The notes under the pieces: model-generated
Told to the model about the DNA's origin: nothing
The model's database searches: none
What the model saw: only the letters and a program-made list of their open reading frames with translations
Translations under genes and position numbers: made by a program
Shown here: one piece after another, positions 5,961-16,279 of the stretch
Layout of the letters: each line of letters begins with the position of its first letter
Numbering within the stretch: the stretch's first letter is position 1
IMG/VR virus record: IMGVR_UViG_3300034374_008818
Location: 1 to 56,930 of that record
Direction: 5' to 3' (one strand)
Length of the DNA: 56,930 nt
DNA from: a virus
Lineage: Duplodnaviria; Caudoviricetes

Positions 5961-8213
5961 GTGGATTTATCGGATATCAATGTAGGCGCCGAGTTAGCTG
6001 CTGCTGGTCGTACTCTGGGAATGACACCAGATGAGACATATGACTTTGTAGTCAAGAAGATTCAGCAGCAGAATGCCCGTAATGCACGTCAAGGTCAACC
6101 TCCTATTGATGAGCGTGCTGGATTCAGGCAGTTCCTCGACACAATGGCACGAGTTCGTGGAATTGACGAAGTATATCCGGCTGATATTGACACATTAAAC
6201 ACAGTTGCCAATTCTGACCTCATTGATAACCGTGGAAATGAGATACAGAACTTCGGTGGCATCGATATTAATAACAAAAACCAAGCAAGAGGTGGAATAG
6301 AAGGTCGACGTGAACAAGAACGAGCTGAAGGTAAGAAAAATCCAAGCATCATTACTCGAACCTACTTCGATAGAGCAGGTAACAAGCAAACTGAGACTAT
6401 GGAAATCCCTGATGGCATGCCAATGCCAGAAAGGTTCCGTGAAGCCGCAATGGCACGCGATTTTGGGCTCTATCGTGACGATGTCATGGCACCAGCCCAG
6501 CAAGTACTGCGTGGTGAGCTAGCAAGACTGCAACAAGGAGTAAATCAATACGGAGCCGATGCTTTTCCGGGTATTGCTAATGTAATTGGTCGCATTGAAG
6601 ACGATTTAGCAGTTAATCGTGGAGCAGAGGCTTCTTTAGCTGCTGAATTAAACCGCAGAGACCAACAAAACGTTAATTTAGACGTTGTTGAAGCAAATGA
6701 TTGGAAAGCAGATGCTGAAGCACAGAGAATTGCACGTGAACGCTTTGGTCTTTATGGTGGAGGCGCACAAGCTGATGAAAATCTTGGACGTATTGGCAAT
6801 GTTGACAAAATTGGCCCTGCAAAGATTGGATATGACTTTGCAGTTAACTTTCCAGTACCTGGAAGGCAAGTTGAGCCTACCTCCCTGCCTATTGGCTTAG
6901 GTTCTGACCTTAATGCACCCGTAACAGACAATCGGTTGGCTGGTCCTCTCCAAAAACAAGAGCAATGGTTAGTTGACCACGCTCCTGGCTACAGAGAGGG
7001 TAAAGTTTTCGGTGATTACCCACAAGTTGCTATTGATGCGCAATTAGAAGGGGTTAGTGAAGCATTAGCCAAGCTTAAGATTGGTGGACAGGGTTTAGAG
7101 CCTTCAGAAGCGCGAGTTCGTAATTTAAACGACCTTCAAAACGCTGTAGACAAAGTTATTGGCCTTGGTGGCGGTAAATTCTTCGATATGGTCGACGGAA
7201 AGAACGTTATTAACGAAAATCCCGGAATTACGCAAGTATTGAACAAAGCTCGTTTCAACGAGAACCAACAAAACGAATTAGCCCGTGCTTTGTTTGCAAT
7301 TGAAGCAGCAAACCGTAATCCAGCCAATCAAACAGCTAAACAAGGTTTTGCCGCCGGTGAAAACGTCAGAAGGCCCAACGCAGTAGGAGGTGCACAGCAT
7401 CAACTGCTTGGTGGAGGTCAAGTCGGCGTTGGACGCATTGGTCGAGAGAAAATCAACGGTCGTGAAGTAAGAGCAGCACTGCAAGAGCTTGATGGACGTC
7501 AAGCAGGCCCACGGTTAAATCCACAAGAGCTTCGTGATGCTCGTATGCCTTATCAAGCCGCAGCAGCTGGAGAAAAGCCAGCTCGTGCCGCATTCATTAA
7601 AGGTGACGTACGAGATATGCCTAGAGCAGAGCGTGCTCGTCGATATGGAGCCAAAAACGCTGCAATCGCTAATCGAGTAGAAGACCGCTACCTTGCAGCA
7701 GAAAGAGCAAGGCGTGAAGGAGCTCCACCGGCAAATGACCGTGGCCGCATTACTCCACGTGAGCAATCTATTGGAAGAATTGTAGAAGGGCTGCAGTATG
7801 AGAGTGAGTTCCCACAATCAGCTACTTCAGCAGTTGTAAATCCACGTGAGTCTGTAAGAGCAATTGATCGAGCAGATGTTTGGAATAATGCTTCTGTACC
7901 ACCTGCTCAAGCTAAACGAGAATTTACAGAGCCACGAATTTCTTATAACATCCCTGGTCAAAGATTTGGACAACAAGGTCCTCGTCCTGACTATGTAAAA
8001 GCTGGCAAAAAATTAAAGGGACCAGATACATCACCCAGTAACCGAACAATTAGTCGTGAAGCTGACTATAGACAGGCTGTACAAAACTATTCCAAGGTTC
8101 GTAGATTTGGTCGAAATTCAGCCATTGCTGGTGGAGCAGTTGCAGGTCTTGCAGGACTTGATGCTCTAATCGGTGGTGAGCGTGACAAGCGTCAACAAGA
8201 GGAGCAATTCTGA
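5961..8213 (+). CDS. Large hypothetical protein, probable internal/ejection protein
   Basis: 750-aa ORF, C-terminal Gly/Ala hydrophobic segment, RLAG motif; function inferred from context. Confidence 0.75.
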   Translation: MDLSDINVGAELAAAGRTLGMTPDETYDFVVKKIQQQNARNARQGQPPIDERAGFRQFLDTMARVRGIDEVYPADIDTLNTVANSDLIDNRGNEIQNFGGIDINNKNQARGGIEGRREQERAEGKKNPSIITRTYFDRAGNKQTETMEIPDGMPMPERFREAAMARDFGLYRDDVMAPAQQVLRGELARLQQGVNQYGADAFPGIANVIGRIEDDLAVNRGAEASLAAELNRRDQQNVNLDVVEANDWKADAEAQRIARERFGLYGGGAQADENLGRIGNVDKIGPAKIGYDFAVNFPVPGRQVEPTSLPIGLGSDLNAPVTDNRLAGPLQKQEQWLVDHAPGYREGKVFGDYPQVAIDAQLEGVSEALAKLKIGGQGLEPSEARVRNLNDLQNAVDKVIGLGGGKFFDMVDGKNVINENPGITQVLNKARFNENQQNELARALFAIEAANRNPANQTAKQGFAAGENVRRPNAVGGAQHQLLGGGQVGVGRIGREKINGREVRAALQELDGRQAGPRLNPQELRDARMPYQAAAAGEKPARAAFIKGDVRDMPRAERARRYGAKNAAIANRVEDRYLAAERARREGAPPANDRGRITPREQSIGRIVEGLQYESEFPQSATSAVVNPRESVRAIDRADVWNNASVPPAQAKREFTEPRISYNIPGQRFGQQGPRPDYVKAGKKLKGPDTSPSNRTISREADYRQAVQNYSKVRRFGRNSAIAGGAVAGLAGLDALIGGERDKRQQEEQF

Positions 8214-8521
8214 TGAAATACTCTACAGAAGATTTACGGCAAGGAATGACACTAAGGCAACAAGCCTTAGAAACACCTAGTACTTTTGGAACTATCCACG
8301 GTGCTTCAGATACAACAGCTGGAGACAAACCACCTAAGAGCAGAATGGCTGGTCAAATGGGTGCTCGTATTATGGACCTAATGACAAATCCAGTCGAAGT
8401 ACAACGTACACAGAATTGGATGAGCCAGTTTGGAATGTCCAATGAAGGTATGCAATTCAATCAAGCTAAAATGATGATGGCAGGTAATCAGCCTGCACAG
8501 CCGCAAGAGGAACAAAAGTAA
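8213..8521 (+). CDS. Hypothetical protein (102 aa)
   Basis: Translationally coupled (TGATG); RMAG motif. Confidence 0.75.
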   Translation: MKYSTEDLRQGMTLRQQALETPSTFGTIHGASDTTAGDKPPKSRMAGQMGARIMDLMTNPVEVQRTQNWMSQFGMSNEGMQFNQAKMMMAGNQPAQPQEEQK

Positions 8522-9156
8522 TGGCTTTACCAGCAATTATTGCAGGAGCAATCCCACTGCTTACTAAAGCAGGTGTGGCATTAAAAGGTTTAGCCGGAGC
8601 TGGTGCTGTAAAGCAATTAGTTATCCCAGGTTTAATGGCTGGCACTAAAGGTGCTGCTGCTAAAGGAATTTTAGGAAACCTTGGAACTCGAATGGCAGGC
8701 AGTAAGTTTTTAGCTAATGCTGCAACAATGATGCCTAAAACTAAAACTGAGTTGGCAATGCGTGTTGCACCTGACGCAATCTTTGGTGTAATGGCTGGTG
8801 CTATGACACCAGGAGATTTAGGAGATAAACTCATTGCAGGCACTACAGCAACTGCAGGTGGTGCGCTTGGAGGCCTTGCTGGTCGCGGTGCTATTGGAGG
8901 CATTAATCCTAAGTTAATGAATAATCCAATCATGGATATCTCTACTGAAATGATTGGTGGTATGACTGGAGACATTGCAGCTCAGGGTGTTGCCGATGGA
9001 ATTCTGCGTGCTAAAGGCGGTGGCATGACGCCATACGAAAAAATGGCAGCAGAGCAGCAGCAGCAATTGGAGCAAGATATTCTTCGTAGGTATCTCAGCG
9101 GTAAAGGAGGATATCCTTCTCAAGACAATTTTCTAGCTGCTAATGGTTTAGGCTGA
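8521..9156 (+). CDS. Gly/Ala-rich hydrophobic protein, probable ejection/membrane-penetration protein
   Basis: Glycine-zipper-like segments; coupled start; RMAG motif. Confidence 0.7.
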   Translation: MALPAIIAGAIPLLTKAGVALKGLAGAGAVKQLVIPGLMAGTKGAAAKGILGNLGTRMAGSKFLANAATMMPKTKTELAMRVAPDAIFGVMAGAMTPGDLGDKLIAGTTATAGGALGGLAGRGAIGGINPKLMNNPIMDISTEMIGGMTGDIAAQGVADGILRAKGGGMTPYEKMAAEQQQQLEQDILRRYLSGKGGYPSQDNFLAANGLG

Positions 9157-10553
9157 TGAGACAACAAGATTTAGACGATGCACAGATAGCATCTATACAA
9201 GAAAAGCTTTACAATAGCGACATTGACGAAAAAGATGAGTATGGATACTACAAAGATGCAGGTCGTCAAATATATGAATGGGATAAAAAACCTGTTGATA
9301 TAGCCTTCAGTCCTGAATTACAACGTCAATTGTTGGGAGATGAATTTGATACATTAAAACCTTCCAGAGGATTTATTGATGCATTTAAAAAAGAGTATGG
9401 ATTAGGACGAGAGCATTTTGCTGAAGCTAGACGAAGAGCACGATGGGCTCAAGGAAAATCTGAGAATGCTCCAAGATGGGACGAGATGACGGAAAGTTAT
9501 CCGTTAAATATTCGATTACAAGAACTAAGAGGAAAAGCCCCGAAAACACTTAATGACACTTTAAACCACATGGGAATGGGTTTAGAACCTGCTGGTAATG
9601 GTAGGAGAGCAGGTCAGTTATTAGCCACACTAGCAAATGATCTTACTCAAGACACATCAAGGGGTTTTTATTGGCTTTTAAATGCTCTACAGGCTACAGG
9701 TGCGGTAATCACAGAAACTACATTAGGAAATTCAAATCCGGATTTATTTAAATTAAAACCAGTAACTTATAAAGATCCAGAAACTGGTATTGATACAGTA
9801 CTCAATATTCAGAATGACGAAGACAGAGTACTCGCAATCAAATTAGGATTTCTAGACACTCACAAAAATACTCGAAGAGGAATCAGAATTAAACCATCTG
9901 TAGAAGAGGGAGGGATACCAACAAATGCAGGTAATTCAAAAAACAAGTATCTTATGAGGCCTAGGTTTAATCCTGGCGATTTGAATTCATTACTTATTCC
10001 TACCGGTGCAGCAATTAATACTGGCTTAGGATTAATGTCTCCGTTTGGAGGAATTGAGGGATACGAAGCTGCAGTACCTGATCCAAATGATAAAACAAAG
10101 ACGTCAAACGCAATTGCAGAAGTAGCTGCTAAGTACTTCTTAGGAAGAACAGGTAATCTACTTCCATACGATGAGTTTGTAAAAGTAAGGCCAGATGTAA
10201 GCCCTGCTGAATACCGTGCCTATAAAGCTTTTAAATATGACAAAGAGCTTGATCTCAATCCGTTTGATGGGGATTTTACATTACCTACAGGTGTAGTAAA
10301 AGGTACAACGGAAGGGATTCACGGTCCTGAAATTCAATTCTTAGGAAGAGGCTTACCTTTAACAACTGGTATTATCCCTTTTGGAAGCGCACTTGTTGGT
10401 ACAAAAATGGGTGTTAAACGTAATCGTCCAATTCGAGGTGGACTTATTGGAGGTATGGCAGGCCTTGCAGTTGGTCAAGGCGCAGGTAATTTGATTGAAG
10501 GTGAACGCCGTCGCCGTAATAAAGCAGAAAACGAAAGCTACGGTGAACTTTGA
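9156..10553 (+). CDS. Hypothetical protein, probable internal virion protein
   Basis: 465-aa ORF; C-terminal GGLIGGMAGLAVG...IEGERRRR resembles the C-terminus of 5961-8213. Confidence 0.75.
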   Translation: MRQQDLDDAQIASIQEKLYNSDIDEKDEYGYYKDAGRQIYEWDKKPVDIAFSPELQRQLLGDEFDTLKPSRGFIDAFKKEYGLGREHFAEARRRARWAQGKSENAPRWDEMTESYPLNIRLQELRGKAPKTLNDTLNHMGMGLEPAGNGRRAGQLLATLANDLTQDTSRGFYWLLNALQATGAVITETTLGNSNPDLFKLKPVTYKDPETGIDTVLNIQNDEDRVLAIKLGFLDTHKNTRRGIRIKPSVEEGGIPTNAGNSKNKYLMRPRFNPGDLNSLLIPTGAAINTGLGLMSPFGGIEGYEAAVPDPNDKTKTSNAIAEVAAKYFLGRTGNLLPYDEFVKVRPDVSPAEYRAYKAFKYDKELDLNPFDGDFTLPTGVVKGTTEGIHGPEIQFLGRGLPLTTGIIPFGSALVGTKMGVKRNRPIRGGLIGGMAGLAVGQGAGNLIEGERRRRNKAENESYGEL

Positions 10554-10583
10554 TAAAATATCAAAAGACTAAGGGTTTTACAA

Positions 10584-11252
10584 ATGCGTTTTGCAGGTAG
10601 TGCGGTAGATTTTACACCTCAATCTTTATCAGCCGCTGGGTCAAGCAGTAACTACTCTAGCGCTGCAGGTAACGTTGATTTAAACGAAGGGTTTGGAGCA
10701 ATGCGCTCTAAAGCTCCAAGGTACGACCAGATTGCTGGTACAGCTATGCAGACTGAATCTGCAGAAAAACAAGCAGCAATGAAAGCTGAAGCAGACGTAA
10801 TGTCCAATAGTATCGCTGCATTTGGCCAAACCAAAGGAGCAGCACTGCAAGCTGAAGCAGCTATGTATGCAGCTGACAAACAAGCTGAAGCTGCAAAGAG
10901 CTCTGGAATGATGGGAGCAATTGGCTCTATCGGCTCTGCTTTGATTGGTTTAAGTGATAAGACCACAAAAGACGAAATCACTCCAATTGAGACTGCACTA
11001 GAGAAGCTGCGTGAACTCAAGCCTGTCACTTTCTACTACAAGCCAGAGTATGGTGACCCAACACGTATGCATCACGGGTTTGTAGCACAGGAGTTTCAGA
11101 AAGTACTTCCTGCTGCCACTTACCAAGATGACAAGACTGGCAAGCTTTGCATCGACCCGATGGACGTCATCGGACTGCTTGTACGTGGTAATCAAGAACT
11201 TCAAGCACGTGTTAGCCGCCTTGAAGCAAAAGCAGCTTTAGCAGCTGTATAA
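10584..11252 (+). CDS. Virion protein with C-terminal Peptidase_S74 (intramolecular chaperone) domain
   Basis: LSDKTTKDEITPI..ALEKLRELKPVTFYYK...HGFVAQE...LLVRGNQEL signature. Confidence 0.8.
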   Translation: MRFAGSAVDFTPQSLSAAGSSSNYSSAAGNVDLNEGFGAMRSKAPRYDQIAGTAMQTESAEKQAAMKAEADVMSNSIAAFGQTKGAALQAEAAMYAADKQAEAAKSSGMMGAIGSIGSALIGLSDKTTKDEITPIETALEKLRELKPVTFYYKPEYGDPTRMHHGFVAQEFQKVLPAATYQDDKTGKLCIDPMDVIGLLVRGNQELQARVSRLEAKAALAAV

Positions 11253-11280
11253 AATAGTAAAAGGATTAGAGAGTTTAACC

Positions 11281-11997
11281 GTGAATCTTGATTTACTTGG
11301 AAATTGGCGTGGTGGTGCAGTAAATGATGCTGCACAAGAAGCAATCCGTAACCACGGTACTCAGGCTCTTAATCATATTAATATTGGTCCACTTGAAACA
11401 TTATGGGGAGCTAATCCTGATTTAGTTAAAAGTAGGATTAAGTCTCTTCAGCAACAAGCTATTAATGATAATCCTCAGTTACAAGCATTAGGTATTCAGG
11501 CAGGTTTACCGATCTTTGAACAAAGCGGAGGTATGGCCAATTATGGCGAAACTGCCGCTGGATTCCAAACTCGTGCAAAACAAGCTATTGATACAAAAAC
11601 TGAAAACGACAGACAGCGGTTGAGGAAAGAAGGTATTGAAGCTGAAGGTCGGCAGCAAGGCTACCGAATGGAAGAAGTCAATGCAGGCATCAGAGCTCAA
11701 GGAGATCGGCTTGCAGCTCAACTTGAGTCTCAAAGTAATCAATTTAATCACACGAGTCGAGAGAACCACGCTAACCGTCAGTTTGAAAGGTCTGAGAACA
11801 GCTTAAATCGTACTCATGAACGTGAACTTAGCTCTAGCAAAGATGACTTGCAAATGCAGCTTGCATTAATGCAGAGTGACTTAGCTGAAAAGCGTATGGC
11901 TTACGACAGAGAAACTCAGCGTATGGATCGACGTGACCGCATAATTGCCCAGCTGATGCAAGGTATTGGTCAACTGGGTGGTGCGTTTAGTCTCTAA
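11281..11997 (+). CDS. Gln/Arg-rich coiled-coil protein, pilot/ejection-like
   Basis: 238-aa ORF, composition and context. Confidence 0.7.
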   Translation: MNLDLLGNWRGGAVNDAAQEAIRNHGTQALNHINIGPLETLWGANPDLVKSRIKSLQQQAINDNPQLQALGIQAGLPIFEQSGGMANYGETAAGFQTRAKQAIDTKTENDRQRLRKEGIEAEGRQQGYRMEEVNAGIRAQGDRLAAQLESQSNQFNHTSRENHANRQFERSENSLNRTHERELSSSKDDLQMQLALMQSDLAEKRMAYDRETQRMDRRDRIIAQLMQGIGQLGGAFSL

Positions 11998-13014
11998 TCA
12001 ACCGCCTTGGTAAATTCTCCAAGCTTCATCAAGGCTCAAACCACCTTGACCGTAATAAGAAGTACCTGTAGCTAAGGTAGGCATACTTGCCCATTCAGGT
12101 GCAATTTTATCAAGAGCTTGCCCAAGTTCGGCTTTTGTGTTGTACACAGCATCAGGATTAATACCACGTTTCTGTGCTAAGTAACGTCCAGCTTTTTCTT
12201 GACTTTGAGGACTAAAGTCTGTAAGACCTAAAGCATTTTTAGCTCCATCCCACGTAGTAGACAAGAATTGATATGCACCTGCTGCATCTGAAGCCAGTCG
12301 TCCACTTCTATTAATTTGTCGTGGGTGACGAGACGTATCGCTAAACCGAGCACCAGTAAACATTGTGGTGTACCCAGCGTCACCAACTGTACCTTCTCCT
12401 GTCTTAATCACACGAGCAAGACGACCCCAGCCAGTTTGACCATCAACTTGGGAAGCAGTATTTGAACCACTTCCCGAATTTACTTTCCCAGCAGACTGGT
12501 TACCTCCGTTGCTCCCGCTGGAATTATAAGGAGTGTACCTAGTGCCATCCCCAAGCTCAGCACGTTCTTGATCCTGCCTGTCTTTAATGCCCTGGTGCTG
12601 TGTACGCCAAGATTCGTAAATTTCGCGAGAGGTGTCCTTAGGACGTTCACGGCCTTTTGTGTTATCTCTGGAAGCCAGGAAACCTGCGGCGGCAATTCTT
12701 CCAAGACCGGCAATCGCTCCAGCCTTCCTAAGTTTAACTTTTTGATCAACTGCATTCTTAACTAGTTTTCCTTTATAACTTTGTCGCGTTACATCAGCGT
12801 AAGCATTTACAGCAGAATTCGTAACCTTCGCAGATGCTTGCATAGATGCAATATTTTGCTCAGCTTGAGTAACCATCGCAGTCTCGGCTAACTTTTGATA
12901 GTTAGGACCTGACTCACGAGCAATCTTGAAAGACTTGTTTAAAGAATCTGCAGCTTGCTTACCAGCAGCGGCATAGTCACCTGTATTGCTTGATTGTAAT
13001 GAAGCAAAGCGCAT
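11998..13014 (-). CDS. Virion-associated lytic transglycosylase (lambda R-like, GH104) with N-terminal extension
   Basis: GEGT...HPR...AAGAYQFLSTTW...DFSPQSQE...EWASMP...YYGQ motifs. Confidence 0.85.
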   Translation of the reverse strand: MRFASLQSSNTGDYAAAGKQAADSLNKSFKIARESGPNYQKLAETAMVTQAEQNIASMQASAKVTNSAVNAYADVTRQSYKGKLVKNAVDQKVKLRKAGAIAGLGRIAAAGFLASRDNTKGRERPKDTSREIYESWRTQHQGIKDRQDQERAELGDGTRYTPYNSSGSNGGNQSAGKVNSGSGSNTASQVDGQTGWGRLARVIKTGEGTVGDAGYTTMFTGARFSDTSRHPRQINRSGRLASDAAGAYQFLSTTWDGAKNALGLTDFSPQSQEKAGRYLAQKRGINPDAVYNTKAELGQALDKIAPEWASMPTLATGTSYYGQGGLSLDEAWRIYQGG

Positions 13015-13095
13015 ATGCCTAAAACGTAATCACCTTACTATTGTAAGACAAAGAAATAGATAGAATAGAACCATATTAGATACAAACAGCAGCAA

Positions 13096-13845
13096 ATGAG
13101 TATCGATAAAGGTATGTTCAACTTCCAGGGCGTGATGGATACGTTCTATGGATATCAGCCAAAGGATGGCGACTCTGAAGGTAGAGCTATGAAGAATAGC
13201 TTTATGAGCAATATGATTCAGTCAGGTTTTGATGCAAGCCTGGCTAAAGATATGGCTTATACCCAGTCAGGACTGTCCAAAGGTCAGATGACTCATGCTG
13301 CTGACCTTGAGCTGCGTAATAAGACTGCTTTGATGAATGATGAATTCAACAAAGGAATGATGTCAATGGGCGGTCAGTTTGAATTCCAGAACCGCTTTGC
13401 AGAAGACCAGAACGTACGGGACATCACCAAGGACACAACAAACACCGCTACTCAATATGAGTTCGGTAACCAGATGGCAGAGAACCAAAACGTTCGTGAC
13501 ATCACCAAAAACTCTTATGACAAGGCTGCACAGTTTGACTTTGCCGATAAGTTAGCGGATAACCAGAATATCCGTGATATGGCCAAGATGGGATTCCAAG
13601 GAGATGACTATCGTAAAACCGTTGCTGCTCAAGGTTCTCAAAATCGCCTAGATATGGTCACTAAAGGTGAGCAAGAGCGATATGGAATGATGCAACAAGG
13701 CGAAGAGACTCGCTTAAACACAATGCAAGCAGGTGATGAAACCCGTAGGACAGATACTAACAGAGCTGAAGAGGGTCGTATAACAGAGCGTGAACGTGAA
13801 AACCGTCAATCCGCACGTAGCCGGACAATGGCAAGGAGCTTCTAA
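13096..13845 (+). CDS. Repeat-containing hypothetical protein, probable ejection protein
   Basis: Three 26-aa Q[FY][ED]F...A..QN.RD..K repeats and G[ED].[ET]R repeats. Confidence 0.7.
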   Translation: MSIDKGMFNFQGVMDTFYGYQPKDGDSEGRAMKNSFMSNMIQSGFDASLAKDMAYTQSGLSKGQMTHAADLELRNKTALMNDEFNKGMMSMGGQFEFQNRFAEDQNVRDITKDTTNTATQYEFGNQMAENQNVRDITKNSYDKAAQFDFADKLADNQNIRDMAKMGFQGDDYRKTVAAQGSQNRLDMVTKGEQERYGMMQQGEETRLNTMQAGDETRRTDTNRAEEGRITERERENRQSARSRTMARSF

Positions 13846-14384
13846 TGCCTACCAAAGAAGCTACTCAAGGTAAGGTCTACCTCAACTACGTAGACCAATG
13901 GTTGGACACTCTACCAGCTGCTGAGAGTGAAGACTTCAGAGAATTTGCTGAGGTCACTCCTTCTATTATTGAGATTTGGGTATATGCCGGTATCCTTCAA
14001 TACCCAGGCTCATTCAACGATTTAGCTCGTTGGGTCAAAATGAAGTATAAGAAGCTGAACCGACGTGAAATACTTAATAGTGAAATTGCTGCTCTGCACG
14101 CCGATATTCAGGAGCTTAGAATGGCAATTACCTCAGGTGAGGTCAAAGCGGACAATGGTTGTCAACGTCTTGCGGCATTGGAAAAAGAACTGCGTAGTCA
14201 TATTGAAACGTCTGACAAAATGAACCGCACGACTGATAAACGTGGATTAGTCCTTGCTGGTGCTGATCGTGTGATGCGTGAACTCACTGCCATCTTCAAA
14301 GATGACCCACAGTTTGCAGAACCAATCGACAATGCAATCAATGCAGTGTGGGCAAAGATTTACAGCGAGTTGAGTAACGCATAA
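13845..14384 (+). CDS. Hypothetical protein, candidate terminase small subunit
   Basis: 179 aa, helical/coiled coil, two genes upstream of TerL; function is positional inference only. Confidence 0.5.
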   Translation: MPTKEATQGKVYLNYVDQWLDTLPAAESEDFREFAEVTPSIIEIWVYAGILQYPGSFNDLARWVKMKYKKLNRREILNSEIAALHADIQELRMAITSGEVKADNGCQRLAALEKELRSHIETSDKMNRTTDKRGLVLAGADRVMRELTAIFKDDPQFAEPIDNAINAVWAKIYSELSNA

Positions 14385-14710
14385 TGTACGGAGCACCTGT
14401 CACAGCATCTTTAGAAATTCCTCAGGAACTCCCTAGTTATTTCTCTCAGGTACCAGCCCCTATGCCTGTGATGCAAGATGCAACAGTAGGAACACTAAGG
14501 CTGGAAGGAACGCTGCTTAGAAACCTGCCACCTATGCCATCAGGTGTACTCAACGATTTGTCATTTACAAACAGTCGGCAAATTGAAGCAGCACAACTGA
14601 TGAATGATCTAAGAGCAGTACATCAAATCACTAGGATGCAAGAAAGAAGAAGTAAAGCAATAGCAAAAGCACGTAATCGTCAAGCACAGAGAGCATCAGA
14701 ACGTCGTTAG
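14384..14710 (+). CDS. Hypothetical protein (108 aa)
   Basis: Coupled ORF with basic C-terminus. Confidence 0.7.
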   Translation: MYGAPVTASLEIPQELPSYFSQVPAPMPVMQDATVGTLRLEGTLLRNLPPMPSGVLNDLSFTNSRQIEAAQLMNDLRAVHQITRMQERRSKAIAKARNRQAQRASERR

Positions 14711-14732
14711 ACTGAGACAAAAGGTCTAACTT

Positions 14733-16271
14733 ATGGCAATACCTAGTGCATCATTAGCTTATAGAAGGTCAGCATTAATGACCGCAACGAAGGTAACGAC
14801 CAAACCACCTTCAGAAGAAGTACTACGTGCACGAGATGACTTCAAAGACTTCTGTGTCTTTATGGGTAAAGCACCTGCAAAGCATATGTTGGAGTGGCAC
14901 GCTCAGCTGTGTACAGGAGAAGACAGCGAATGTTTAATGGGAATTGGTGGACCTAACACAGCTATCCTTGCACCACGTGGTTCTGCAAAAAGCACAGTCC
15001 TAGGCTTATTTGCTGCTTGGATGATTGGCAGACATGCAGCTGCAAAGAAGATGCTGCGTATCTTGTACATCGCATATATGGTTGACATTAGCCGTGCAAA
15101 GTCAGCAACAATCAAAGGCATCTTAACCAGCAGTAAATACCGTGAAGTCTTTCCAATGGTAAGACTATCAAAAATTAAACGGAGTGATGAATATTGGAGT
15201 ATTGATTATGACTTTGCGGGAATCGATACAGCGGGTGAGGAAGCATTTACTATTGCCTGTGGTGGTCTTAAAGGAGCCATCACCTCTAAACGATCACAGC
15301 TGGTTCTTATCGATGACCCTATCAAATCAGCTGCGTCAATCAATAATCCGGATATTCGCCGTGAGATGGAACAGACGTGGAGTAACGTTATTGCGCCCAC
15401 TATGTTCCAAGGTGCACGAGCCATTTGTCTGGGTACCCGTTTTCACTTTGACGATATCCACGCCACACTATTTGTTCCCAAAAACAACTGGAAACAAATT
15501 ATCCAGAAAGCAGTCATAACAGACCCTGACGGTAAACAACGTTCATATTGGCCAGAGTTCTGGTCAATGAAATATCTCAATGAACGTAAGAATGAAGACC
15601 GTGTTGCTTTTGCTTATCAGTATCTCAATACAGCTGTTCGCAGTGAAGATGCAGGAATCTCTCCAGAGCTTATCTGTAAAGGTATTGTGCCAGAAGACTA
15701 CGACTGCTTAGGTGTAGGAATTGACCTTAGTGCCGGTATAGGTGAGAAGAATGACTGGACAGTTATGACACTCGGTGGCATCAAAGATGGCAAAATCTAT
15801 TTGATTGACCAACGACGTGCACGGACAATGGGCAATCTTGAGAAGATGGACACCCTCTGTGAAATGTTGGCAGATTGGAACATCCTTGTAGAAAACGATG
15901 ATGGTCAATACTTCCCAACAATGTCACCATGTGTGATATGGCCAGAAGCTGTTGCCTATCAAACATCATTTGAAGGTGATTTTAAACGTGTAATGTTTGA
16001 ACAACGAGCGCTCTACAACTTACACTGCTCACCAGTTAAAGGCTTCAAGGGTGACAAACTTGCAAGGCTTAGAGGTGTGATGGGTCTATATGAACACAAG
16101 AGAGTTATCTGGAATAAATGGAGAGTATGGAATGTCTTAGAAGAAGAGCTATTGAACTTCGGACATACGCAACATGATGATGCAGTTGATTCTATGGTGC
16201 TTACTATGGGAGGCTTATTGAGAAGAGGAAATCTACAATTAGACTACAATGAGAATAGTTTCGCATTATAG
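14733..16271 (+). CDS. terL: Terminase large subunit
   Basis: Walker A APRGSAKST, Walker B LVLIDDPIK, GTRFHFDD, nuclease GIDLS..DWTV and HDDAVDS. Confidence 0.93.
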   Translation: MAIPSASLAYRRSALMTATKVTTKPPSEEVLRARDDFKDFCVFMGKAPAKHMLEWHAQLCTGEDSECLMGIGGPNTAILAPRGSAKSTVLGLFAAWMIGRHAAAKKMLRILYIAYMVDISRAKSATIKGILTSSKYREVFPMVRLSKIKRSDEYWSIDYDFAGIDTAGEEAFTIACGGLKGAITSKRSQLVLIDDPIKSAASINNPDIRREMEQTWSNVIAPTMFQGARAICLGTRFHFDDIHATLFVPKNNWKQIIQKAVITDPDGKQRSYWPEFWSMKYLNERKNEDRVAFAYQYLNTAVRSEDAGISPELICKGIVPEDYDCLGVGIDLSAGIGEKNDWTVMTLGGIKDGKIYLIDQRRARTMGNLEKMDTLCEMLADWNILVENDDGQYFPTMSPCVIWPEAVAYQTSFEGDFKRVMFEQRALYNLHCSPVKGFKGDKLARLRGVMGLYEHKRVIWNKWRVWNVLEEELLNFGHTQHDDAVDSMVLTMGGLLRRGNLQLDYNENSFAL

Positions 16272-16279
16272 AAATAGCG

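Noticed and set aside
4462-10553. Virion RNA polymerase among the large ORFs
   Set aside because: No DxDGD or T7-like motif A/B/C pattern recognised, and all are far smaller than N4 vRNAP; structure prediction is needed to exclude a divergent enzyme.
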